A stretch of DNA of 54,342 nt. Source: Minisyncoccota bacterium (GTDB lineage Bacteria; Patescibacteriota; Minisyncoccia; Phycocordibacterales; Phycocordibacteraceae). Position 1 is the first letter of the stretch, and every line of letters starts with the position of its first letter. Location of the stretch: positions 1-54,342 of the forward strand of contig JBAYUT010000001.1 of NCBI GenBank assembly GCA_041674945.1, written 5' to 3'. Made by a program: the position numbers and the translations under genes. The notes beneath the pieces are model-generated. The model was not told the DNA's origin. It was given only the letters and a program-made list of their open reading frames with translations, and ran no database searches. Shown here piece by piece: positions 29,657 to 37,380 of the stretch.

Positions 29657-31078
29657 ATGACCGACATCACCAACGGAACCGCAGACGGAGTGGAAGAAGA
29701 ACCCCGGGGCGATGCCCTGCACAAAAACGAGACCAGCGACGATGGCCAGACGGCCGAGACCGCCGACCTCAAAGACGAAACCGAGGACGATGAGGAAGAA
29801 AAAGAAGAGCCTCTCGACCCCGACGACGTCGAGGGAGAAGGACTCATCAAAATCCTCCTCCCGCACATCGGCCTGCAGGAACCCAACCTGCCGGTGCAGT
29901 GGTGCGTCGCGCCCAAGCTGATTGCGGCCCTCAAGCGGCGATGGCTGGCAGACGACGCACATGTGCTCTTCTGCATCACGGATGAAAACGGGTGGGAAGT
30001 TCCTGGCATGCGCCAGATCGTCCCCCTCATGCAGGTGCAGACGTGGATCCCGTTCCGCAAACCCGGTGCCTTCACCATCCACGCTCGTGTCGTCTCCGGC
30101 GACTACGACAGGTCGCTCATGAAGTACCTGGTACGTGACAACGGTTCTGCGAGTGCTCGATACGACACCGACATTCTGCATGCCGACCGCATTCCGCGGA
30201 TCATGGATGAACAAGGCGTCGACGAGGCTGAGGCCCGCCGGCGACTGAGCATCCACAAGGGTACTGTCAGTGGGTTCGGACTCTCGAAGAAGGAGATCAT
30301 GATCGATGAGAAGCTCTTCGCTCCTCCTCCTTCGCCATGGCTCGCATGGTGGATCATGTTCCCCAACAGCGACGAGTTCCGGCCCGACGACGAGTGCCAC
30401 TTCCGCAAGCAGGTGCTCTGGGCGATCCCCAAGATCGCCTACATCGGCCCGTGGGCACTGAGCATCGTGCTCTGGCGAGCGCTTCTCGCGTTCGGCTGGC
30501 GCATCCTGCTCCTCGGCTCGTTGCAGGCGTGGAAACCTCTGCTCCATCCGTTCGCGATGCGAACGGCGAGCATGTTCCTGCCGGAAAAGGAGGCCCTCCC
30601 CACGATCGCTCGTGGATGGCTTCTCAGATTGCAGGAGAAGGAAGGGGACGAAGGACAGCACTACGATGAGCTCGACGTGGGCTGGTGGACGCCGATCGGC
30701 ATCCTCCAGATGCCGCTAACGTGGCTCGTGCTGCTGGTGCTGGGGACAATTCCCGGTCTGTTCATGGAGTACGGCTTCACCTTCTGGAACCTGCTCATCG
30801 CAGGTCTCGGTACGGTGGTGGCAATCGCCAGCATCATCGCGGCGGGAGTCGGACTGTTCATGGGCAAGGAGAAGCTCGAGGAGAGGTATCCCAACGCGGG
30901 CTACCACTTCAGCAAGTGGCTCCGAAGCTATTTCGGCCGAGAGAAGGATGAGTTCGCCGATATCGTCTGCGAAGACGGTAAGGCGGCGTTCAAGCCCTTC
31001 TCTGCGGTGCCGAAGAACCGCCAGCTCATCTTCAACGCGATCAAGCACGAAGTCTGCAAGATCTACGCTCGCTCGTAA
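29657..31078 (+). CDS. hypothetical membrane protein with an acidic N-terminus (island gene E)
   Basis: AAGGAGG SD. Promoter TTGACA at 29539-29544 with a TG-extended -10 near 29561-29567. Several C-terminal TM helices and a long terminator hairpin downstream. Confidence 0.75.
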   Translation: MTDITNGTADGVEEEPRGDALHKNETSDDGQTAETADLKDETEDDEEEKEEPLDPDDVEGEGLIKILLPHIGLQEPNLPVQWCVAPKLIAALKRRWLADDAHVLFCITDENGWEVPGMRQIVPLMQVQTWIPFRKPGAFTIHARVVSGDYDRSLMKYLVRDNGSASARYDTDILHADRIPRIMDEQGVDEAEARRRLSIHKGTVSGFGLSKKEIMIDEKLFAPPPSPWLAWWIMFPNSDEFRPDDECHFRKQVLWAIPKIAYIGPWALSIVLWRALLAFGWRILLLGSLQAWKPLLHPFAMRTASMFLPEKEALPTIARGWLLRLQEKEGDEGQHYDELDVGWWTPIGILQMPLTWLVLLVLGTIPGLFMEYGFTFWNLLIAGLGTVVAIASIIAAGVGLFMGKEKLEERYPNAGYHFSKWLRSYFGREKDEFADIVCEDGKAAFKPFSAVPKNRQLIFNAIKHEVCKIYARS

Positions 31079-31125
31079 CGGGAGCGTACGCCAACCGGCT
31101 TGTGCGAAGGCCGTCAGGTTCGTTC

Positions 31126-31173
31126 AACACTCATTCGTATACTCGACCTCCAGTCGAGATACGGGTGAGTGTT
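31126..31173 (+). terminator. intrinsic terminator of island gene E
   Basis: Long hairpin AACACTCA...TCGAC-CTCCA-GTCGA...TGAGTGTT followed by TTTTAATTT. Confidence 0.7.
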
Positions 31174-31258
31174 TTAATTTATGCTGACGCAAAGTATTGG
31201 TTCGATCGTCCCGTTTGGATACTCCGCACGAGCCCGTAAAATAAGCACAAAATAGTTG

Positions 31259-31330
31259 TGACCCTACCGGGAATCGAACCCGGATTTAAAGCTTGAGAAG
31301 CTTCCGTCCTAACCGTTAGACGATAGGGCC
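31259..31330 (-). tRNA. tRNA-Glu(CUC)
   Basis: Reverse complement is GGCCCTATCGTCTAACGGTTAGGACGGAAGCTTCTCAAGCTTTAAATCCGGGTTCGATTCCCGGTAGGGTCA. Anticodon loop TTCTCAA. Canonical T-arm. Confidence 0.85.
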
Positions 31331-31470
31331 GTGTTGTGCACCCGGCCATACACCCGGCGCTTCGCTCGGAACAAATTAGGATTTGTTCTCTCGCTCCGCT
31401 TGGTTGTAGGGCCCGACTGCGCACGCCCTTGTTTTATAACAAAAAAATCCCTGGGAGGGAAGCATGGAAA

Positions 31471-31519
31471 AATCCGTAACTGTGCGGGAAGCTGGCGTGC
31501 TCCCGTGCAGTTACGGATT
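31471..31519 (-). terminator. intrinsic terminator overlapping the stop of the 31511-31822 gene
   Basis: AATCCGTAACTG...CAGTTACGGATT long stem with an inner CGGGA/TCCCG. On the minus strand it is followed by TTTTCC. Confidence 0.6.
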
Positions 31520-31822
31520 CTTGCGTCGCGACGTCTCGGGATGCGTCATCTCGAAGTCGCTGGCGATCTTCAGCTTTACGCCCGTATCAGGCGCAACAAC
31601 CTCGCCGTCTTCAGTCTCTACGTAGAACGGGTCACGTTCACTGGCAGCCTGCGTTGCAAGCCTTCTCAGTTTTTGTCGGCGCTTCTCTTCTGCGGCGAGC
31701 GCGTCCCTCGCCACGACCTTCGCCTGCAACCTGTCGAGCACCGCACGCGTCGCCTCGATATTGGCCTCACGCGAGGCGCTTGCAGCCTCGGGCTGTGTAT
31801 GGGGTATACGCTCTCTGTTCAT
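31511..31822 (-). CDS. hypothetical protein (103 aa)
   Basis: GGAGG SD upstream of the ATG. Charged, coiled-coil-like sequence followed by a terminator. Confidence 0.6.
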   Translation of the reverse strand: MNRERIPHTQPEAASASREANIEATRAVLDRLQAKVVARDALAAEEKRRQKLRRLATQAASERDPFYVETEDGEVVAPDTGVKLKIASDFEMTHPETSRRKNP

Positions 31823-31858
31823 ACGTGTGCCTCCAAGCTTAATTAAACCCTAAATATT

Positions 31859-32317
31859 CTACTGTAGCAAGTTATCCACAACGGCCTTCACGTCGTTGCC
31901 ATCGGCCCTGCCCTTAAGATCGCGCATCAGCGCGCCGATGAGCTTGTTGGCGTCTGCCTTGGTTGCGGCCCCAAGCTCGGCAGCCTTCGCGGCCGCAATG
32001 ATCTCTATCTCGCCAATACTGATGAGGGCAGGGAGGTAGGTGTTGATTATTGCGAGCTCCTCTTGCTCGGGCCCGACGAGGTCCTGCCGAGCAGCCTTCT
32101 CGAACTGCTCGATAGAGTCTTTGCGCTGGTTGGCAGCACGCTTCAATGCGGCCAATGCCTCATCGTCGGTGAGGAATTCGGTAGGGAGGCGCTTTTTGGT
32201 CATAACCTCATTCGTCATCGCGGTTACGAGCGAGCGTAGCGTACGCAGCTTTACTTCATCACGAGCGCGGAGGGCGTCTGGAATGGCTTTCTTTAAATCT
32301 TCGTGGATCATATGCAT
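31859..32317 (-). CDS. GatB/YqeY domain protein
   Basis: IHEDLKKAIPDALRARDEVKLRTLRSL and the rest match the YqeY family. The start could be 32311. Confidence 0.85.
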   Translation of the reverse strand: MHMIHEDLKKAIPDALRARDEVKLRTLRSLVTAMTNEVMTKKRLPTEFLTDDEALAALKRAANQRKDSIEQFEKAARQDLVGPEQEELAIINTYLPALISIGEIEIIAAAKAAELGAATKADANKLIGALMRDLKGRADGNDVKAVVDNLLQ

Positions 32318-33013
32318 CTACTTTACCACGCTAAGCCTTTTTTCTGCTTCGATAAGATCTTCTGGCGAGGTCACTTGGTGCCAGAAGCGTGTCTCTATGG
32401 CGTGGAAGGGTATTGCCTCTGCCGTGCTTATCATCACTGCTGTTTGCGGCAGGCCGTACTCCTCGCTGCCGGGAGCCTTGGGCACGGGCGGCATGTCAAA
32501 GAAGCGCGTGTCGAGCACAAAAAGGTTGGTACCCACAAGGCCGGGCCGGCCCTCATGGTCGCCCTCCTCTATTCCCGTTATCACGCCGCGCTGGTCCACC
32601 TCGACACGCCCTCCGGCACCCATAGCGCCCACCGGCGCGACAACCATACTCCAGTCGGGCGTTAGGATGCAGCACTCCATGTCTTCGCGACAATACAGAT
32701 CGTCACCCATGAGCACCAAGAAACGATCGTGGAGCACATCCTTCGCGGCCCACACGCCCTTTGCGGTACCGTCAAGTATTTCCTGCTGGACATAGACGAT
32801 ACGGCGCCCATGTGACTCGTCTCGAAAGCACTCTTTAATGGCGTCGCCTTGGTACCCGACCACCACGACTACCTCGTCTACTGCCGAGGGCAAGGCTTCG
32901 AGCTTGTGCTCAATGAGCGACTTGCCCGCAACCTGGAGCAGAGGTTTAGGAGTGTCACTAGTGAGCTCGCCCATGCGAGTGCCGCGACCAGAGGCAAGAA
33001 TAAGTGCTTGCAT
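32318..33013 (-). CDS. sugar-phosphate nucleotidyltransferase
   Basis: N-terminal MQALILASGRGTRMGELTSDTPKPLL (GxGxR NTP_transferase motif). The ORF track start at 33022 is also possible. Confidence 0.82.
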   Translation of the reverse strand: MQALILASGRGTRMGELTSDTPKPLLQVAGKSLIEHKLEALPSAVDEVVVVVGYQGDAIKECFRDESHGRRIVYVQQEILDGTAKGVWAAKDVLHDRFLVLMGDDLYCREDMECCILTPDWSMVVAPVGAMGAGGRVEVDQRGVITGIEEGDHEGRPGLVGTNLFVLDTRFFDMPPVPKAPGSEEYGLPQTAVMISTAEAIPFHAIETRFWHQVTSPEDLIEAEKRLSVVK

Positions 33014-33057
33014 AGGCCCCATAGTACCGCAGAGTTGATATAGGCTATAATCAACTC

Positions 33058-34116
33058 ATGTCTGCACTCACCATTGTTCTCGTCGTCGCAGTTATCGTCC
33101 TCGTGCAGGGGATAGGCTTCTACCTTGTGATCAAGAAGCGTGAGGAGCCGAAGGAAGATGGCAACGGACTCTTGCTCCTCCAGCAGCAACTCCAGTCGCT
33201 CGAGCGCTCGCTCAACTCGCAGGTATCAGAATCTTCTCGCACTATGCAAGAGAGCTCGCACCGACAGTTCTCAGAGTCAAACAAGCTCATAAAAGAGATC
33301 ACGCAGGAGATAACCTCGGTCAAGGAGATAGGCCGGCAGACCCAGAGCTTCGCCGAGCAGCTGCAGAGCCTCCAAGACCTGCTCAAGAACCCGAAGCAGC
33401 GTGGAATCCTCGGCGAGTACTACCTCGAGACCGTGCTCAAGAATGTCATGTCGCCACAGGATTATCGTATACAGTATCCCTTTAAAAACGGCGAGATAGT
33501 CGACGCGGTGGTGATCATCAATAAAAAGCTCGTACCCATAGACTCTAAGTTCTCGCTCGACAACTACAACCGCTTCGTAAGTACGCAGGTGGGGAGCGCC
33601 GAGCGTACGGTGGCCGAGAAGGCTTTTGTAAACGATCTGAAGCTGCGCATCACCGAAACGGCCAAGTATATCCGGCCTGAAGAGGGCACTATGGACTTCG
33701 CTTTTATGTTTATCCCGAGCGAAGGTATCTACTACGACCTCTTGACCAACCAAGTGGGTGGGGGAGAAGAGGAGAACCTGATACAGCGCGCCGCAGGGAA
33801 GTACAAAGTGATTATCGTCTCCCCAACCTCGTTCCTCGCGTACTTGCAGACGGTGATGCAAGGCCTCAAGGCACTGCAGATAGAGGAGCGCGCTGAAGAG
33901 ATACAGAAGAGAGTAGGGGAGCTCGGCAAACACATTGCCTCATGGCAAGAATTTTATAAAAAACTCGGCAACTCACTTGGCACGAGCGTCTCGCACTACA
34001 ACTCCGGATATAAAGAGCTGGGCAAAATTGACAAGGACGTCTACCGCATCGCTGAGACAAAGATCGGTATTGAGCCTGAGCTCCTGGAGAAGCCCTCTGA
34101 TAACGAGCTTGACTAA
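33058..34116 (+). CDS. rmuC: DNA recombination protein RmuC
   Basis: N-terminal TM helix, coiled coil, and a conserved RmuC nuclease-like core (VDAVVIINKKLVPIDSKFSLDNY, MFIPSEGIYY). Confidence 0.9.
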   Translation: MSALTIVLVVAVIVLVQGIGFYLVIKKREEPKEDGNGLLLLQQQLQSLERSLNSQVSESSRTMQESSHRQFSESNKLIKEITQEITSVKEIGRQTQSFAEQLQSLQDLLKNPKQRGILGEYYLETVLKNVMSPQDYRIQYPFKNGEIVDAVVIINKKLVPIDSKFSLDNYNRFVSTQVGSAERTVAEKAFVNDLKLRITETAKYIRPEEGTMDFAFMFIPSEGIYYDLLTNQVGGGEEENLIQRAAGKYKVIIVSPTSFLAYLQTVMQGLKALQIEERAEEIQKRVGELGKHIASWQEFYKKLGNSLGTSVSHYNSGYKELGKIDKDVYRIAETKIGIEPELLEKPSDNELD

Positions 34117-34183
34117 TTCATAGCATTGTGCTATGATAGATATGTTACGAATAAACGCTCTTTGATGTGGAGGAGGTGGTGCT

Positions 34184-34357
34184 GTGGGATTCGAAGCACT
34201 GAATCACATATACCAGGTAAAGCTGTTCGCGGTCCTACTTGCTCTGGGACTGGTGTTCTTTGGGGGGCGCAGCGTCGAGAAGCCGGGAATGGAAGCTTGT
34301 GCGGCTATTCTGACGCTCACAGGCTTCGCGATGATCTTCGTCGCCTGGGTCAAGTGA
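34184..34357 (+). CDS. possible small two-TM membrane protein (57 aa)
   Basis: AGGAGG lies 7 nt upstream of the GTG at 34184. Two hydrophobic segments (LFAVLLALGLVFFGG and ACAAILTLTGFAMIFVAWV). Followed by a very stable hairpin. Below the ORF-track length cutoff. Confidence 0.35.
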   Translation: MGFEALNHIYQVKLFAVLLALGLVFFGGRSVEKPGMEACAAILTLTGFAMIFVAWVK

Positions 34358-34443
34358 CTTTTCGGGGTCGGGTTGGGCTCTCCTTCGGGAGACGCCCCAC
34401 CCGGCCCTTGTCATTTCTAGAGAAGAATGCTACATTGCCCCCA

Positions 34444-34761
34444 ATGGAAGTGGCCGTAATCAAGACCGGTGGGAAGCAATATGTCGTCTCAAAAGGCGAC
34501 ACTATCTCTATTGAGAAGCTCCCTGGGGACTTGAAATCTGGTGACACAATCGTATTTGATGAGGTACTCCTCGTCGACAACGGCTCGGACACGACCATCG
34601 GTGCACCTACTATTAAGGGTGCTGAGGTCAAGGGTACGGTCGTCCTCGCCGGGAAAGCAAAGAAAATCGAAGTGGTGAAGTACAAGCCTAAGAGCCGTTA
34701 CTTCAAGCGCGTTGGCCATCGCCAGCCGGTACTCCAAGTGAAGATCGATTCGATTTCTTAA
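34444..34761 (+). CDS. rplU: 50S ribosomal protein L21
   Basis: MEVAVIKTGGKQYVVSKGDTI is a typical L21 N-terminus. The longer ORF from 34126 is an artefactual extension. Confidence 0.93.
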   Translation: MEVAVIKTGGKQYVVSKGDTISIEKLPGDLKSGDTIVFDEVLLVDNGSDTTIGAPTIKGAEVKGTVVLAGKAKKIEVVKYKPKSRYFKRVGHRQPVLQVKIDSIS

Positions 34762-34838
34762 TCTAATCATTTGATAACGCTTTTCCCCTTAGGCTCGTGA
34801 GAGTCGGTGCTTTTTATTTATCTTATACAATACACATT

Positions 34839-36194
34839 ATGCAGGTAGGGCGCTGGAATCATCAATCAACAACCGGTTCAGGTTCGTCTCACGGACCATC
34901 GAGGCCATCGCGCGATACGCGTGGCGGCTCGAGCTCTTATTCGTCTCGACCACCCGCACGTGGCGGTAGTAGCTATGGCCGTGGACGCCCCGCACAGGGT
35001 GGCGGATACGGCGGCTCTCGTGGCGGTGGCTACGGCGGTGGACGTGCCCCTTCTCGCGGGCGTGGCTTCGGCGTGTTCGGCGAGGCTGAGCACGAGATCG
35101 CAAAGTTTACCAACAAGTCCGTCGTAACCACCTCAGAGCCGGTTTTCGTGCCTGAGCACAAGTTCGCCGACTTCGACATCAACGCGAACCTCAAGGCGAA
35201 CATTCTTGCCAAGGGGTACGACCTCCCGACACCTATTCAAGACAAGTCTATTCCTCATGCACTTCTCGGCCAAGACGTGGTGGGCCTCGCCGCTACCGGT
35301 ACCGGCAAGACCGCAGCCTTCCTCATCCCGCTCATCGACAAAGTGATGAAGCAGAAAGGGGAGCGCATCTTGATCATGGCACCTACCCGTGAGCTCGCTG
35401 TACAGATAGAGAAGGAGCTCGCCGGCTTCGCCAAAGGCCTCGGGTTCCGCGGTATGGTAGCGGTGGGTGGTGCCAGCATTGGCCCCCAGATCTCACAGCT
35501 GCGTCACGATCCAGCATTCGTTATCGGTACTCCGGGACGCTTGAAGGACCTCATGGAGCGCAAGGCGCTTGTCCTCACTGAGTTTGGCACCGTCGTACTC
35601 GACGAGGCTGACCGCATGCTCGACATGGGCTTTATCGACGACATGAAAGCCATCATGAGCAAGATGCGCGCGGAGCGCCACACCCTCTTCTTCTCGGCGA
35701 CTATGTCACGTGAGATTGAGAAGCTTGTCGGCGACTTCCTCGATAACCCAGTGGTGATCTCGGTCAAGACGACCGACACACCGTCGAGCATCGATCAAGA
35801 CGTTGTGCGCATCGAGCGTGGCCAGGACAAGTTCCAGGTACTGGTGAATCTCTTGCGTGAGCCAGAGTTTAGCCGCGCACTGGTCTTCGGTCGTACTAAG
35901 CACGGCGTAGAGCGGATTGCCAAGGACCTCTCGCGCCTCCATATCCACGCGGAGAGCATCCACGGCAACAAGACCCACGGCGCACGTATCCGCGCACTTG
36001 AGGCCTTCAAAGCAGGGAAGGTGAGCGTGCTCGTGGCGACCGACGTCGCCGCTCGTGGCCTCGACATCCCTGCAGTCTCGCACGTCATCAATTATGACCT
36101 ACCCTCGACCTACGAGGACTACGTGCACCGCATCGGCCGTACCGGCCGTGCCGCACACAAGGGCAAGGCACTGACCTTCGTTCAAGGTCGCTAA
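34839..36194 (+). CDS. DEAD-box ATP-dependent RNA helicase with an N-terminal RGG/GY-rich region
   Basis: AATGTGKT, DEAD, SAT and HRIGRTGRA motifs. Low-complexity Arg/Gly/Ser N-terminus. Confidence 0.92.
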   Translation: MQVGRWNHQSTTGSGSSHGPSRPSRDTRGGSSSYSSRPPARGGSSYGRGRPAQGGGYGGSRGGGYGGGRAPSRGRGFGVFGEAEHEIAKFTNKSVVTTSEPVFVPEHKFADFDINANLKANILAKGYDLPTPIQDKSIPHALLGQDVVGLAATGTGKTAAFLIPLIDKVMKQKGERILIMAPTRELAVQIEKELAGFAKGLGFRGMVAVGGASIGPQISQLRHDPAFVIGTPGRLKDLMERKALVLTEFGTVVLDEADRMLDMGFIDDMKAIMSKMRAERHTLFFSATMSREIEKLVGDFLDNPVVISVKTTDTPSSIDQDVVRIERGQDKFQVLVNLLREPEFSRALVFGRTKHGVERIAKDLSRLHIHAESIHGNKTHGARIRALEAFKAGKVSVLVATDVAARGLDIPAVSHVINYDLPSTYEDYVHRIGRTGRAAHKGKALTFVQGR

Positions 36195-36210
36195 AGATTT
36201 TACAATTAAA

Positions 36211-36237
36211 AGCACAGCGCCCGAAGGGCGCTGTGCT
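36211..36237. terminator. bidirectional terminator between the helicase and the recR region
   Basis: AGCACAGCGCCC-GAA-GGGCGCTGTGCT flanked by AAAA and TTTT. Confidence 0.8.
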
Positions 36238-36238
36238 T

Positions 36239-36327
36239 TTATGCTTCGTTACGATTAGATAGCACGGCGCGCAAGGTCTCTGCATCCGAGTACTCAAGCT
36301 CGCTGCCCGTGGCGAGGCCACGACTAG
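36239..36327 (-). pseudogene. displaced copy of the recR 3' coding end
   Basis: About 83% identical to 37381-37470. Encodes RGLATGSELEYSDAETLRAVLSNRNEA-stop, against ...RAALSNRKEA-stop in recR. Abuts the terminator hairpin. Confidence 0.8.
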
Positions 36328-36332
36328 AGCTT

Positions 36333-37355
36333 CTATTTTGCTGCACGCCAAAATGGAGTTACGTTCGAATACTGCGCGTACGTCTCGTACGTCTCTTCAT
36401 CAGTAATCTCCTTCTCTAGATCCAATTCTTTAGCAAGTCGGATCTCACGGTCGAGCACTTCAGCCGCCTCCGCTCTAAATATAAAATCTGTCTCCTCCGA
36501 TAAATAGTGGAGCGCCTCAACGGGACTTTGAATTGTTGAGGGTAACAGTTCTCGCGCGATTAACGCGTCAACGTACTCCTCAGCCACCGCTTCGCTCTGC
36601 TCAAAAGACCGATTTAAATGTAGTGCGATATGCCAATAATCTATCCCCATCTCTACCGCTCGGTCAGTCTCTTCACTGAGCGCCATTTTATTGTTGCCGT
36701 GGGCACGTGCCGCAGCTACAAACCGCACTGCTTTTGCGAGCAATTTTGGTTTTACATAGAAGGCCTGGCCGCTATATGATTCTCGCTTTTCATAGTCACT
36801 GACGCGCACGACATTCCTCACCGTATCCAGTAGACACTGCTTTGTGCACACGATGTGTCCATCTACGTATAAAACCTCATTCCACGTAAAGTCACGACTC
36901 AAAAAATAATCTTTCTCAAGCGTCTCGACGCCGTACCCAGACGCGAAATCGTCAGGCATGTACGTCTCCGCTAATTTTCGAGACATTTCTGTGTCTTGCT
37001 CATTCTTTCCGACATACACTAAGTCAATATCGCGAGGCGGTTCCGCTTCGATTTTAAGAACTGATCTGAGCACGGCCCTAGCTCCACCACCCTTTACTCC
37101 ATATCCTGCGGGTAAGTCTGGAATACCATTTGGCATAGCATCTACGCCTATATTTAACGTGCCCTCTGGGTTTTCCTTTATCGCAACGTCTAAACGATAG
37201 AAAAGTTTCAACCAACGAGTCAGCAGCTCCTCATTCCAGGAAACTTGTTTAAACGTATGTTCAATGGCATGCACTGTACCTTGCTCTTGATTGAGTGCGT
37301 CTGCGTCAATAGGAATCTTTTCTCCTTTATTTGTCGCCGACGGGAATCGTTCCAT
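36333..37355 (-). CDS. pol-beta-superfamily nucleotidyltransferase-like protein
   Basis: 340 aa. GYGVKGGGARAVLRSVL...PPRDIDLVYVG fits the G[GS]-x(10-20)-DxD NTase head. TGTTATACT lies 8 nt upstream of the ATG and there is no SD. Confidence 0.6.
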   Translation of the reverse strand: MERFPSATNKGEKIPIDADALNQEQGTVHAIEHTFKQVSWNEELLTRWLKLFYRLDVAIKENPEGTLNIGVDAMPNGIPDLPAGYGVKGGGARAVLRSVLKIEAEPPRDIDLVYVGKNEQDTEMSRKLAETYMPDDFASGYGVETLEKDYFLSRDFTWNEVLYVDGHIVCTKQCLLDTVRNVVRVSDYEKRESYSGQAFYVKPKLLAKAVRFVAAARAHGNNKMALSEETDRAVEMGIDYWHIALHLNRSFEQSEAVAEEYVDALIARELLPSTIQSPVEALHYLSEETDFIFRAEAAEVLDREIRLAKELDLEKEITDEETYETYAQYSNVTPFWRAAK

Positions 37356-37380
37356 GAGTACAAAGTATAACAAAAGCGCC

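Larger units (their letters stand above)
28284..31272. mobile_element. putative integrase-less insertion bounded by tRNA-Glu 3'-end direct repeats
   Basis: 17-bp perfect direct repeats lie 2,972 bp apart. The interval carries orphan genes C, D and E and two copies of the island repeat. Confidence 0.4.

Noticed and set aside
29498-30661. 387-aa ORF antisense to island gene E
   Set aside because: It fully overlaps the + strand ORF, which has a strong SD, a consensus promoter, clear TM helices and a terminator. The antisense product is Arg/Pro/Gly-rich and typical of a GC-rich shadow frame, and it has no SD.
34126-34443. N-terminal 106-aa extension of the rplU ORF (TTG at 34126)
   Set aside because: L21 homology begins at MEVAVIKTGGKQY (34444). 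The extension is Arg/Cys/Gly-rich and crosses a strong hairpin.
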